A DNA stretch of 64,000 nt from Chrysomallon squamiferum (GCA_012295275.1 CM022666.1:3596001-3660000); one strand, 5' to 3'. Positions 1-13,722 are shown, numbered from the stretch's first letter. A program made the numbers and translations. The notes: generated by a model from the letters alone, not told the origin.

Positions 1-1264
1 CTGAGTTGTTTTTATGATAGAAACTACGCCAAGAAGCTGTGATCTACAAGCAGGAACAGAAACAAAGAAAGAAAAACGTATTATCTGTATTATCTGATTT
101 GAAATGCCCCGTGCAGTATAAAAGGGGTCAGGAAGCTTTTGGAGAGAGGTGATCAGACAGCTGTGCGGTGTTTTGGAGGAGTGTCAAGTTAATGTAATAG
201 TTGGTGTCCAAGTGTACACACAGTGATCTATTTACGAATTTTCCCATGAGTTGTTTTTATGATAGAAACTAGACTACGCCAAGTACATGTGATGTAAATG
301 ATATGCAGTGTTTTGAACGAGTGCCAAGTTAATGTAATAACTGGTGTCTGACCAAGCGTTGCCGACACCTGAACAGTAGCAGCGTGAATGAAGAAGACAG
401 AGAAATGAGATCACACGTTAGATAAACTTTTCACAGACTTTTCCAAACAGCTATTTATAAACACTGCACGGGTACTTTTAAGTATGTGATATGAACATGG
501 TTATATAACAGCAATATTTAACCTACTGTCTATAAAGTATACAAATTATCCTTCATAAAATAAAAATTAAATCATGTCACTGACTGGTGTATAAGTGAAA
601 AGTGAGTTGAAAAATATGTTCATTAATTTTACTTGATATTTAAAAAAGAAAATAAGAAAATAAAAGAAAATGATAAATGCAGATCAAGACATTTGTGCTA
701 CATTTAAAGTAGCTATCCAAGTAATAAAAATTATGAACAAGTGACCAGAGGTAAACAATACTAATTATAATGATGTTGATGATGATGATGATAAATTTAA
801 TAGTAGTAGTAGTAGCAGCAGCAGCAATAATATAAATAGCAGGAGTAGTAGAAAGAATAATACTAGTAATCATGATTATATATTAATAATATAGCAGTAG
901 TAATAATGATGAAGATGATAGTGGTAATAAAGTTAATAATGATGATGATGATGATGATAGACATAATAAAATTAATAATCATAATATTAATAAAAAGAAA
1001 ATTCTTATTGTGATAAAAAAAAAAAAATGCTTTAAATAGATTGTTTATTATGAAAATTTTAAATGTAATGTATATATAAACATTTATTACACTGATCATT
1101 TCAATACATGAGTACATACTGTATAAAGAAAATCCTTTTTAACTGGATCATCCACATAACTTGTATTATTCATTGTAAAGTAATCAGTAAATATTTAACT
1201 TTCATCAGTCAATTTATTTAGAAAACCAGTAATATTTAAATATTTATTCACTGAATACAGCACA

Positions 1265-1267
<3 letters not shown>

Positions 1268-1347
<80 letters not shown>
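1268..1347. repeat. (CT)n microsatellite; paralogous longer tract at 33683-33802
   Basis: Pure CT run. The same flanks (caattttatcttc..aactgagca) recur at 33.8 kb, so it belongs to a duplicated array module. Confidence 0.95.
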
Positions 1348-1354
<7 letters not shown>

Positions 1355-2399
1355 TCTTCAAAACTGAGCATCAAAAAGGGATGCTAGGAAGCAATGCTGT
1401 TTTGGCCTGGAGATTTAAAGAAAAAAAAAGTTAATGTAATAAATGTTGTCCAAGTGTTCAGTTGACAGCCTGGACTAAATTCCTCGCGTACCCCTGAACT
1501 ACAGCGTGACTTCTGTTCTCGTTTTCGGTAAGTTATAATAACCTATATATAACAGTACTGTCACCGATGTATAATAATAGTATCAATTGTCGGGATTTCC
1601 AGTAACCAATGACTACGTCAAGGTCTGTGTACACAATGAGGGAACTATTATCTGATGTAAATATAGCTTTCATGAATCTATGCGCAGCCGTATTAACAAG
1701 AGTTAAGCACGCGAAATATGATACCTGAAATTGTGGTATAGAACAGGCACTGACATGCGCAATTTAGTCAATGACGTGATAAAGTGGAAGTGTACAGACA
1801 AAAAATGTTAATATGTAAAGTTATTCAACTGACTGGGTAAAATAAAAAATAAGTTATGTAAACATCAATTGTGGTACATCTACAAAGTCATTTTATGCAC
1901 ACGTACACACTATTATGTAAATTTAGTTAATATTCGCAGTTTATTAACTTACTGCACAACTTTATTCAGAGCAAAGACCAGTTGGAAAAAATCCCAATGA
2001 TGATGATGAAGATGATGATGATAAATTTAAGCAACAGCAGCACTAATTTCAATAGTAGTACTAGTAGAAAGAATAATACTAATAATGTTGATTAGTAGCA
2101 GTAGTAGTAACTATGATGACGATAGTGATAATAAAATTAATAATAATATTAATATTTATATTATTGAAATGCTTCTAAAAAGAAGATTCTTATTGTGATA
2201 AAACAAAAAAAAGTGCTTTAAATAGATTGTTTATTATGCAAATTTTACATGAAATTTTAAATTTTACTGTATAAAGAACACTTAACTTGTATTACTCATT
2301 AGAAAGCAGTCGGTGAACATTTAACTTTCATCAGTCAGTTTATATAGAAAATCAGTATGTAAATATTTATTCACTGAATACAGCACTCATTTATTTTAC

Positions 2400-3080
2400 A
2401 TAGAACATCTCTAGAACACATTCAGTGTTTGTAGAACATCCACTGTACAGATTTACTGAACACAGACCATGAATAGTACATACATTACATATTCACTGTA
2501 CAAAGAAAAGCCATTACGCACGGAGTATTCATTATCATTTAACATTAATTATATTTACAACATCCACAGATGTACATGTTTAGAATATCAACTGTACAAA
2601 AACATCTTTTCACACAGAACAGCTACAGCAAAACATGCATTTTGTACAGAACATTCACTGTACACTGAACATCTACTGTACTTGAGCATCCAATGTGCAC
2701 TGTACACAGAACATCTGTACAAGATCATCTTTTACACAGGAAATCGACTGAAGAACATTCACTGTATACAGAATATCCACTGCAGAACAACGCCTACTGT
2801 ACTTAGAACATTAGAGCATCTACTGCACAAAGAACATCCAGTATACAAGAATATCCACTGTACATAGAACATATGTTGTACAAGAACATCCATCGTATAA
2901 CGAGAGTAAAACCTAAAATAATAGTAAATAAAACATGAAGATGAATGATGATTTTCATTGATTATTTTGTTAATAATATTCTGGATGATGAGGCTGACAG
3001 TAAAACTTTGAATGATGATGTTAACAATACAATTTTGAATGATGATGCTGACAATGAAATTTTGAATGATGATGTAGATT
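2400..3080. repeat. Degenerate 'agaacatccactgtac' satellite followed by 27-bp 'gatgatgctgacaatgaaattttgaat' repeats (array spacer module)
   Basis: The module recurs at ~11830-12380 and ~35220-35900, and inverted at ~20990-21800. Confidence 0.85.
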
Positions 3081-3132
3081 AATGGCCATGACAGTCTTTG
3101 TGTTTAGTTATGATCCACATTTATTTTCATTC

Positions 3133-3171
<39 letters not shown>

Positions 3172-3409
3172 CATTATTTTACTGAAATGAAAAGTCTTCT
3201 TCTGACACAAATAAATTCCTGATATAACTAATAGATTATGAAAACAAATCTCTGTACACATACGAACACAATATTTCACAGAATCTGATGTCACTGTGAA
3301 TATAAAACAATTAATATCAAATGAGATTTTTCAGTTGTGTGTATTTCCTGATATGTCCTGAAGGAAATATTAGAATGTAATGTTTTTTAGGTTTTAAGTA
3401 AATTTCTTT

Positions 3410-4133
3410 TCATGAATCTTTCATTGTCTGATCCTCGCTGGTTTAAAAAATTATTCTTAGCCTGACAAAACCAGATCTGTTAAAAGATGAAAAGAGAGAA
3501 AGTAAAGAAATGAATTAATTTCATGGGGTAAGTTTAGTTAACATATATATATATATGAAAGAAATTAAAAATATTTATATATCATTTATTAATTAATAAT
3601 TAATAAGGATAAGGAATTAAATAATAACAACAGTAAATTAAATAAATAAAACGATACACAACAAATGTTGATTAATTAATTTAAAAATCAATAGTTTAAC
3701 TAATAATAATAACAATAAAGTAACTATTTAATGATCAGAAACCAAATAAATAATTAAATAAATAAATAAAATAATTAAATCAACAACAATAATAATAGTA
3801 AAATAAATAATAATAATAATAATAATAATCAACATCAATTTACTTAAAACTGAGCAGAATAATATTTATATATTTATCATTGCAGATATCTGTTATATTG
3901 TGAAAAGAGATATTATTTACAACTGAAATTAAAAGAAAAGAATATTCGAGACACCATCTTAGACAGAAATAATTTACCTTCTTATGTAGATCCATAAAAC
4001 CGAACCAAACAGTTCCTTGAGCACCACAATGGACAAAAATACAACAACAATTTGAGCTGTATCCATGACGATGCGCCTGGCTGCAGTGAGTAAAGCGTCA
4101 AGTTGGTTTTCTACAATGTCTGGTCTCTCCGTC
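3410..4133 (-). pseudogene. Last two exons (3978-4133, 3410-3476) of an unidentified multi-pass membrane protein gene
   Basis: A 156-nt exon with cag|...|gtaaat reads TERPDIVENQLDALLTAARRIVMDTAQIVVVFLSIVVLKELFGSVLWIYIR (phase 2/2). It splices in frame to a 67-nt terminal exon. That exon reads SGFVRLRIIF* here because of GAA>TAA at 3443-3445; the 20.5 kb copy reads ...IIFETSEDQTMKDT*. Confidence 0.7.
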
Positions 4134-4577
4134 CTGTGAAAGTAAATTGTAAAAACAGATAATTAAAATTTAAACAAATACAAGAAAACATATTACTTCA
4201 AGTAGTGTCTTTAAGGTTGTTAAACACTCAGATATGTACAATTACAGTCTGAGTTCTCACGTAAACGCAATTAGGACTGGTGCTACCATACAGGCAAACT
4301 AGGCCGACGCTTTGAGCGCTGATTTCAGCAGGCGCATTAGAAAATTTTGAAAAATAACCAAATAAATTTCAGTTTTAATGAGGGTCGTTTTTTTTTTATC
4401 CTGGTTTATTTCCCACAGGACAAATAATCGGGCTGATTTAGTGTGAAACAAACAAAATAACAGAGTTAAAAATCTCGTGTTTTTGCTTTAGACTCTTTTA
4501 TATAAAATTTTTAAATATATTCAAGAAAAATAACAAATGATAAAAAAAAAACCTGAAATATATATATATATATATAT

Positions 4578-4624
4578 AATTGGTACCATTTTGTGTAACA
4601 ACTTTTAATTCCTTTAGAAGAAGT
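4578..4624 (-). pseudogene. TNF exon-1 stub (acceptor, 5'UTR, ATG at 4589, MVPI, then (TA)n)
   Basis: Nearly identical to the first ~47 nt of exon 1 in the intact copies, and truncated at a TA microsatellite. Confidence 0.85.
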
Positions 4625-5098
4625 CTGTAAAATATGACCACAAGAAAAACAAAATCTTATTAGTAATAAATAATACTCAGATAAATACACACACGCACAT
4701 ACATACAATATACACACTTGTATATAACATTCTGTTAGCAAAAAAATAATATGCACATGTACATACACATAAATATAAAACTTTTAAAATATAGTTAAAT
4801 AAATAAAATTATAAATATTAGCAAGAAAAATTCACACACAATATCCACATGTACACGCATTTCTACATAACATTCTTCAAAGAAAAAAAAAATCAAATAA
4901 ATAATACCAAGATATATTTACATAGATAATTTTCCTATGTGATGGTCAAAAAATCCCCCTCAAAACCCCAGAAAAATAACGCAGATAAAAATAGCAAATG
5001 TTTCTATTACGAAAATCTTGACTGCAGGTTACAAAATGCCAAGTTTGATTTATCAAATTTCACGGATGCTTAGTAAACCACTGTGTACAAATACTCAC

Positions 5099-5246
5099 CA
5101 CTGAAATCCAATATGACAGCACAGCGATGTCTAATGGAACAGACAATCCTCCTGATGTAAACTTGGACCCGTGATACCACAAAGTTTGTCTCCAATTGCT
5201 GAAGAATGTAAAGAGGAGAGATTTTCATACTAAATTATTTATATCA
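5099..5246 (-). other. Putative 148-nt non-coding 5'UTR exon of a TNF unit (paralog at 29174-29321)
   Basis: Both copies have a ctttccag| acceptor and a |gtgagt donor, are the same length, and lie ~0.4-0.5 kb upstream of an exon-1 acceptor. Confidence 0.55.
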
Positions 5247-5455
5247 CTGGAAAGACGTGGAAATTTAAAAAATAATAACAATAATAAAAATAAAGAAGTT
5301 TTTATTTTTTGCACAAATGTATAGGAAAACGTGTGACGGTAGACTTGCAATCAAAGATATAACTTTCTAAGAAAACAATGTAGCAAAATTTTGATGATTT
5401 TATTAAATCACTGAAATGTGGTTTTATATGTATAACCTATGAAATAAGTGAAATA

Positions 5456-6090
5456 CAGTGGTACCTTGACTTACGAGTTCAATTCGTTCCGTGACCGAGC
5501 TGGTAACTCAAATGTACTCGTATATCAAATCAGTTATCCCAAATGAAATTAATTGAAATACAATTAATCCGTTCCAGGCCCCAAAACCACCCCAGTTTTT
5601 TGTAATGTGTTTTTAAAAAAGAAAAATGAATGTATAAATGACAAATATAAAAACAAAACAAAAGAGAATGTAAAGAAAAAAATTGGTTTTGTAAAGTGTA
5701 CAGGGTAAGGGTTTCTCCATCTTTTCATGGACAGAGATCCGCAGCTTAGAAATTATTTTAACACCTTTGGCTGGAGTTGTAGCCTTTATCAACTCCTACT
5801 GCTTCAGTATGGTACGTATAATAAAAGTATTACGCTCGTACTGCCTAGCCATGTTGACTACACGCACACCTCGCTCATGTTTTTCTATGAATTCAAGCTT
5901 TAATTCAATGGACATCATCCGCTTCTTCTTCTCAGCATTTTCCTTTGCACTCACTTTCTTAGGATCCATGGACATTTGATAAAATACTGCACAAAACTCA
6001 AGCATAACACAATAGAGATGTTTCCACGGCGAGGTAACCACGTGAAGCAAACGAATGAGACACGGGATGTTGTGTTGTTCGTTGCGCCAA
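5456..6090 (-). mobile_element. Internally deleted Tigger/pogo DNA transposon
   Basis: The TA|CAGTGGTACCTTGACTTACG terminus is typical of Tigger. The remnant ORF MDPKKVSAKENAEKKKRMMSIELKLEFIEKHERGVRVVNMARQY is a CENP-B/psq-type N-terminal HTH. No DDE domain is present. Confidence 0.85.
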
Positions 6091-8092
6091 ATTTCTTATT
6101 TATTTATTTTACTTTGTATTTCAGTTTTATTTACTTATTGTTTTAGATGAAGTCTGGTGTATTAAGTTTCCTTAGTGACGACAAACCCCAATGGATTTTT
6201 GTTGTCACAAATCTTTCTTATTACATTATGAATGTGTTCAGATTTTGTTTAATGGATATTACCACTGAGGGGATTTTTTTTTATGTTTGTCAAGCTTTGA
6301 ATATTCACAGATAATTTTGGCATATTATTCTTTAGTACGAAGATACCAAGAAAATTTGGTTCCTTTCCTACATTGGAGCTGAAAGTCAGTGACACTGTAT
6401 ATACACATACACATATATTACATTATATAAATATATAAAATTGTTAAATTAAACAAAAATACTTATTATTATCTCAAGTATGTTTTCTTATTGTTGAAAC
6501 TGAGCTGATGAATTTGTTATGTCAACCGTATTACTAGTAGACAGATCCTGAAAGTATAAATTAATCATTATTGTTATAAATAAATAAATCTGATGTTGTG
6601 GTTGTTGTTATTGTTGCCTCTAATGTATAACGTTACTTCTGTTCACGTGTTCGGTAAATTTTACTAATTCATATAATACTACTATCACATGCTCAGATTT
6701 TTCCCCACGACCGTTTTGACATTGGAGAATGCGCTAGAAACCATCGACTGCCAATCCCAAGGAAAAACATATAAATAGAAGTGTTGTCAAAAAGCTGTTA
6801 GGAAAACTAATATCTTCGCCTGGAATTACAGTAAGTAATCAGTATATCAAGGAGAAGAAAGGTGAACCATTGTGTGGTATAACTGGGTAAAAAGAATTAA
6901 GTTAGGTAAACGTGCATTGTGTGGAATATCTGCAAAGTCATTTTTTACACACGCACGTGCTATTATGTCAGTTTAGTTAATCTTCACAGCTAATTGTATG
7001 ACCTTATTCAATGCAAAGGTCAGCTGGAAAACAAATCTAACACAGAAAAAACAAACAAACAAAACAATGCATATACGTCACATACTATTAGCACACACAC
7101 ACCCACACACACAGTGATCTATTTTAAGAATTTTAGTTTGCCCTGAGTTGCTTTTATGATAGAAACTAGACTACGTCGAGTACATGTGATGTACGTGCAC
7201 GAACAGAAACAAAGAAAGTAAAATGTAACACAAGACTATTATCTAGGTATTTTATTACACAATGTCACTCCACCATTAAAAGTGATGGTGATAAATTTAA
7301 TAGTGGTAGTAGTAGTAGCAGCATCTCTAATGTAAATAGTATTAGTAGTAAGAATAATACTAATAATGATGATTATGTAATAATACTAGTAATGGTAGTA
7401 ATTAGTAAAGAAAATTTCTTATTCTGGGTAGAAAGCTCAGATCTTGAATAAATATTTATTCTCCAAAATACTTAAAGGGACCTCCTCCACCTCATTGTTA
7501 ATATACTGTTATTCAAAATACATGTATCGACAACAAGTATAAAGTACCTTATTAAAAACATTTTAAATCATGGTTGGCACCATAAAGTGTATTACAATTA
7601 TAAAAACCATATTAAACCATATTCCAATAGCGTAATTAATTATTACTGGAAGAATAATAAAAATAAATATAAAATGTTAAATATACCAACTTTATGTTAA
7701 AAAAAACAAAAAAAAAACAACAACAAACAAAAACGAATTAAATCGAATTAAATCTTTTCTTTTGATTATTATTATTATATCTGTTTCAATAATAAATTGT
7801 GTTACTACAAGGAAAAAAGTTCTTTATTAAAAGCTGATGGAAAACCCTAAAAAAACAAGCGAGAGTAAAGTAATTTTATAAATATCTCTTTATAGTAAAT
7901 AAATAAATAAATAAATATGCAATAATCAAAAACAAAAGTATTATAGCAATGTTCAGTGTAAGATGATGAAGTTTGGCTGCTTAGTGGGGGGAAAATAGCA
8001 GAAGTTATATTTTAAAATATATATACAAATCAAAACAAACAACCACAAAAATTAATAATAATAAAATAAATAATAATCAATATGAATTAAAA

Positions 8093-8141
<49 letters not shown>

Positions 8142-8326
8142 TTATAATAATAATAATGATATATAAAGATAGATCAATGTATGTCTAACATAAACTTTTC
8201 AAGATATTGTAACAATAAAAGAATAAAAGGTTAGTCTGATATATACTAGTCCATGAGTACTGTCTTTCTGTCAGTGTAGAGAAAATTATATATTACCAGT
8301 CATAATTCAGGACTCATGTAACAATT

Positions 8327-9219
8327 TCAAAGCATATAGAGACCAAAGTAGGTTGTCTGTGGATCTCTCAAAATTCTGTTCACAACTGATGTTCTCACCA
8401 CTACAGTGTCATTGGCTTTCAGGTAGTAAACAGCTCCAATGTAGGAAGGAACAAAACCTTCCTGGTGTCTTCGTACTTTGCATGTTGTTTGAGGATTTCT
8501 GTAGAGGACTTCATAATTTGGATATTTTTCAATTGAGTGACACAGCCTAGCGTATTCTAGCTCTCTGACTTGGTTGGCATGGAATAAAACGTTGCTGTAT
8601 ATGAAGTAGTAAGCAGCTTCTTTGACTTGAATCCCGTCAGTGACAACAGCTGCAGCTCCTTTCACAAACGATCTTTTACCAGACGACGTCCATTTGATGA
8701 GAGGCTTCGGTGTGTCTGAAAAGTTTTTAAGAACAAATTATTTTTAAATAATATTTTTATTTTAAATTGTCAACAGTTGTAGTTAGTATTACTAATATAT
8801 TTGTGCAACTACTTCAAACTCCTGCTATTAACTACATTACTGCCATCACTGATATTATCACTACTAACACTGCTAGTACTGTTGTTATCACAATTTCTAT
8901 AATTATTGCCGAACCACTACTAATAACTAAGTGATTACTACTACTATTACTTTTACCAGAACAACGTTTTAACTAACTACTACTATTACTTCTATTTTAC
9001 TACTACCCATTTATTACGAAATCAGCTCTTTTAACTGAGTACTGCTACTACTACTATTACCACTACTAATACTGCTGCTACCACTGCTACTACTGTTTGT
9101 TTTCTTACTTTTGTCATATGTTGCATTCACTTCCATTTGTAGATTAGCTGATGTCTTCACATTGTTTTTATTATTCAGATTGTAAGCGACCTCTCTGATC
9201 TGCTTAAGTTTCTCTTCTG

Positions 9220-9261
<42 letters not shown>

Positions 9262-10079
9262 CCCCACACACACATACACACGCACACACACACACACATA
9301 TAGATATACACAGATATACACACACACAAACATGCACTGATACCTATATACATACATAGACTCGTACACACGTAAATACAAATACATAATTATAAAAACT
9401 TTTGTGGAATTTTAAATATGTTTGGTTATGTTTCTGTTTGTGTGTGTGCCTTTTTGTATTTTTGTCTGTCTGTGCTTGTGCGTACTTTGTGTTTTTATGT
9501 CTGTGTGTGTATATATATGTCTGAATTAACTTACCACTTTTCTCAGTTTTTGTATAAGTTTCACTCAGTTTCTAAAAAGAATGTTAATAATCATTTTGAA
9601 ACTCGTCCATAACAATCAATTTTAAATTTATAAATATTTTTCAGCAAAATGAATTTATCCTTTTCATAATTCTAATATTATTTTCTTTTTAATTTTTCAA
9701 AATGTTTTTATCTTTTATTATTTATTTATTTATTTATTTCATCCTTTTTACTTCCCTGTATTTAATGGATATAATGGATTTATGGATTTTGTTTTTTAGA
9801 ATTTAAAACATAATTTACCTTTTCCATAATTTCACTGATCACTTTTTCTCCATCTCTGTAACAGCAATACGTGACATTGTTCCTGGTTCTGTTCGTAGAT
9901 TTGTCATCACAACAGTTTTCTCCTGGTTTGCATGAGATTTTCACACACAGTTCCTGATCAAACATCAAATTGGTTTCTTTCATCAGAAATTCTTTTAATG
10001 TTACAGATACAATGACTATGATGAGTGTGAAGTTAAGAACCATAAGAGAAATGGCAATGACAGGAAAAATTGACTTCAT
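8327..10079 (-). CDS. TNF superfamily ligand, copy A (264 aa). Exons 10079-9819, 9571-9535, 9216-9109, 8715-8327
   Basis: All junctions are GT-AG with compatible phases (0,1,1); 261+37+108+389=795 nt. It has an N-terminal hydrophobic anchor, a 6-Cys stalk and THD motifs (IKW, GIQVKEAAYYFIYSNVLF, SYIGAVYYLKANDTVVV, TYFGLYML). Confidence 0.92.
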
Positions 10080-10264
10080 TTTGTGTAACAACTTTTAATT
10101 CCTTTAGAAGTAATCTGCAAAACATGACAAAATAAATAAACAAAAGATAAATAAATACTACTTCGCATATTGTTTGAGAACTTCTGTAGTGTACAATATA
10201 ATTTGGATATTTTTTTTATTGAGTCACACACACAGAGACATTTAGAATTTAAAACAGAATTTAT

Positions 10265-10521
10265 CTTTCTCATAATTTCACTGATCACGTTTTCTCATTC
10301 ACTGTAACAGCAATATATGGTATTGTTCCTGGTTCTGTTCGTAGATTTGTCATCACAACAGTTTTCTGTTGGTTTGAGATTTTAACACACAGTTCCTTGT
10401 CTAACAACAAGCTGGTTTCTCTAATCAGTAATTCTTTTAATGTTACAGATGCAATGAAACTGATGAGTATCAAATTTAGTACCATAAGAGCAATGGGAAT
10501 GAGTGGACGAATTGGTACCAT
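10265..10521 (-). pseudogene. Orphan TNF exon-1 duplicate immediately upstream of copy A
   Basis: Begins MVPIRPLIPIALMVLNLIL. It has a frameshift after CVKIS and the donor GT is mutated to AT. Confidence 0.88.
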
Positions 10522-12683
10522 ATAATTCCTTTAGAAGTAGTCTGTGAAAGATGAATAACTACAAAAAATTATAAGTAAGAGAAATAATTGCAACATAACG
10601 ACACACACAAAATACAGATATATGCACGTGAATAACATTCTTTCAAAAAATAAAGTAATATATTCAATAAAACCAAGAAAACACACACACACAGAAACGC
10701 ACAAGGAAACGCACTCACAAATACTACAGAAACTATAAAATATTCTTTCAAAAAATTAAAATAACAGTAAATGAAGACAGTGACTTAATATATATTACCT
10801 TCTAGTTCCTTTTCGTTATAGCTGCACTTTAGAAGAATGTTCATAAATAAACTACGTGTACTTATTACTGCTGTTATACTGGTTGTTATTATTGTAGTTA
10901 TTCTTACTATTATTAGTAGTATTACGATTGGTGTTGTCGTTGAGCATCACTTCTGATCATGTTTTCGGTAAGTGATAACTATCACATTTCGGGATTTTAA
11001 TTTTTTTATTTATTTTTTATTTATGATATAAACTAGACTACGCCAGATACATGTGATATACACGTGAGAAACAAAGAAGGGAAAAACGTAGAAACTGACT
11101 ATTAACTAGGTATTTTATTATCTTTTATTCAATCACTCTTCAGTAGTCTAACTGTAAATAAATTATCAAACATTTAATCCAGAACATCTACATTATTTAA
11201 TTTCAAATGACCTAATACACTCCAGCTATACACTACAGTATATATCTACACAAGATCCACGGAGGCGCACAGTTATAAAAATTGGATTACTCCCTGACAG
11301 ATAAAAACTATTTATTTTTATTATTTATTTATTTAAAAAATCGGGTCAGTTGTTCAACTAGAGGTAACAGCAGTCACATGATACAAGTTGTGAAATGAGA
11401 TACCTTGGCAATCACACGTAACATATTCATTTCTGTGTGTATGTGTGATATATAGATATATATATATATATATAAGGTTATATAACAGCAATATTTAATA
11501 GATTGTCTATAAAGTATACTAATTATACTACAAAAAGGAAAATTTCTTATTCTAAAAAACACCGAAAAAATAAATACTTCAAATAGATTGTTTATTATGC
11601 AAATTTTAGATGAAATTTTAATTGTAACAAATGATAAACATTTATTACTCTAATAATTTCAGTGCATGAGTACATACTGAATAAAGACAATCCTTTTTAA
11701 CTCGAACATCCACTTAACTAGTATTATTCATTATAAACCAATCAGTGAACATATAACTTCCATCAGACAATTTATGTAGAAAACATGTAAATATTTATTC
11801 ACTGAATACACCAAACATTCATTTTATATAGAACATCTCTAGAACATATTCACTGTTTGTAGAACATCCACTATATAGATTTACTGAACACAGACCATCA
11901 GTAGTACATACATTACATATTCACTGTACAAAGAAAAGCCTTATGCATGGAGTATTCATTATCATTTAACATTAATTATATTTACAACATCCACAGATGT
12001 ACATGTTTAGAATATCAGCTGTACAAAAACATCTTTCTACACAGAACATCTACAGCAGAACATCCATTCTGTACAGTGCATCTACCATACAAGAACATTC
12101 ACTGTACACTGAACATCTACTGTACTTGAGCATCCAATGTACAGTGGACACAGAAACTTTTTTTTACATAGACTGAAGAAAATTCAGTGTATATCAACTG
12201 TACTAGAGCATCTACTGCACAAAGAATATTCAGTGTGCAAAAACATTTTATTTTATTGAAATGAAAAATGTTGTTATGACACAACTAAATTCCTAACTAA
12301 AACTGAATTTCTAAATGATTATTTGACATTAAAAATCTGAATGATGATATTGACAGTGAAAATCTGAATGATGATGTAGGATGATGGCCATGACAACCTT
12401 TGTTCTTACTATGATCCAATTTCTTTCTTTCTTTTTTTTTTTGAAGGCAAACTCAGATTTTTATTTTATTTAATTTTATTGAAATGAAAAGTTGTATTAT
12501 GACACAAATTCCTCATCGATCTTTAGATTATGGAAACAAATTTCTTTACACATTCAAACATAATATTTCAGAGAATCTGATGTCACTGTGAATATAAAGC
12601 AATTGATATCAAACGAGAATTTTCAGCTGTGAGTTTTCAAAAAGTTGAGGCGGGTGGCCTGAAGGAAATATCAGGATGTAATG

Positions 12684-12728
<45 letters not shown>

Positions 12729-13006
12729 TAAGAGACGTGTATATACTTATACCCGTATACATGCAAAGACTCTTACACACATACATACAAATACAGAATT
12801 GTAAAAACGTATATGGATCGTTTTTACTTTTTTCTTTAATTTCATTTATAATGAACATATCTTTTTAATATTTTTATACAGAATTTACCTATTTCTTAAT
12901 TTAATACACATATAAATTTTATATTATTTTATTTTTTTTATTCTAACTTTTTTCTTTCTATTTAATGCATTTATGGATTTTTTATAGAATTTAAAACATA
13001 ATTTAC

Positions 13007-13267
13007 CTTTTTCATAATTTCACTGATAACTTTTTCTCCAACACTATGACAACAATTTGTGGCATTGTTCCTGGTTCTGATCGTAGATTTATAATAACAA
13101 CAGTTTTCTCCTGGTTTACACGAGATTCTCACACACAGTTCATGGTCAAACAACACATTGGTTTCTCTACTGAGAAATTATTTTAAAGTTTCAGATACAA
13201 TGAAACTGATGAGGATGAAGTTTAGTACTATAAGAGAAATGGCAATGACAGGACGAATTGACTTCAT
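13007..13267 (-). pseudogene. Orphan TNF exon 1 with nonsense codon
   Basis: A full 261-nt exon with an intact donor but TAA at codon 30 (13178-13180). Exons 2-4 are absent downstream. Confidence 0.88.
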
Positions 13268-13361
13268 TTTCCTTTAGATGCAGTATGTGCCAAACATGAT
13301 AAAAATGTTATTAGTAATCAATAATACCAAGATAAATACACCCACAAAATAGACATATATT

Positions 13362-13443
13362 GTCGACTACGTGCACACCTCGGTCATTTTTTCTTTGAAT
13401 TCAAGCTTTAATTCAATGGACATCATCCGCTTCTTCTTCTCAA
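13362..13443 (-). mobile_element. ~80-bp Tigger fragment homologous to ~5853-5935
   Basis: tcaagctttaattcaatggacatcatccgcttcttcttctca is shared with the 5.5-6.1 kb element. Confidence 0.8.
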
Positions 13444-13484
13444 CAGTGTCAGGAATTTGTTTTAGAATTTAACACAGCATTTAC

Positions 13485-13722
13485 CTTTTACATAATTTCA
13501 CTGATCACTTATTTCTCCATCACTGTAACAGCAATACATGGCATTGTTCCTGGTTCTGTTCGTAGATATGTCATCACAACAGTTTCCTCCTGGTTTGCAC
13601 AGTTCCTGGTCAAACAACAAATCGGTTTCTCTATTCAGAAATGATTTTAAATTTTCAGATACAATGAAACTGATGAGTACCAAGTTTAGAGAAATGACAG
13701 TAACAGGAAGAATTGACTTCAT
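13485..13722 (-). pseudogene. Orphan TNF exon 1 with internal deletions and frameshift
   Basis: MKSILPVTVISL..ELCKPGGNCC lacks VKISC and part of the TM segment, and is frameshifted near its 3' end. Confidence 0.88.

Noticed and set aside
110-180. TATAAAAGG followed by a purine-rich stretch, LTR-like
   Set aside because: No second LTR, PBS/PPT or coding remnant is visible, and it is too short to call.
1591-1600. kB-like GGGATTTCC
   Set aside because: Not linked to any gene start in the window, and short motifs occur by chance.
2469-2867. 132-aa ORF (also 35450-35908, 11947-12129, 21511-21840)
   Set aside because: Translations of the degenerate agaacatccactgtac satellite; the frames are not conserved between copies.
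8095-8130. Overlapping AUUUA (ARE-like) tract in the 3' region of copy A
   Set aside because: (TAAA)n runs are ubiquitous in this window and the tract is not conserved at the same position in the other copies.
8353-8550. + strand ORFs antisense to THD and exon-1 sequences (also 18471, 26815, 28530, 40710, 42353, 46194, 47697, 51107)
   Set aside because: Shadow frames, repeated only because the underlying TNF exons are duplicated.
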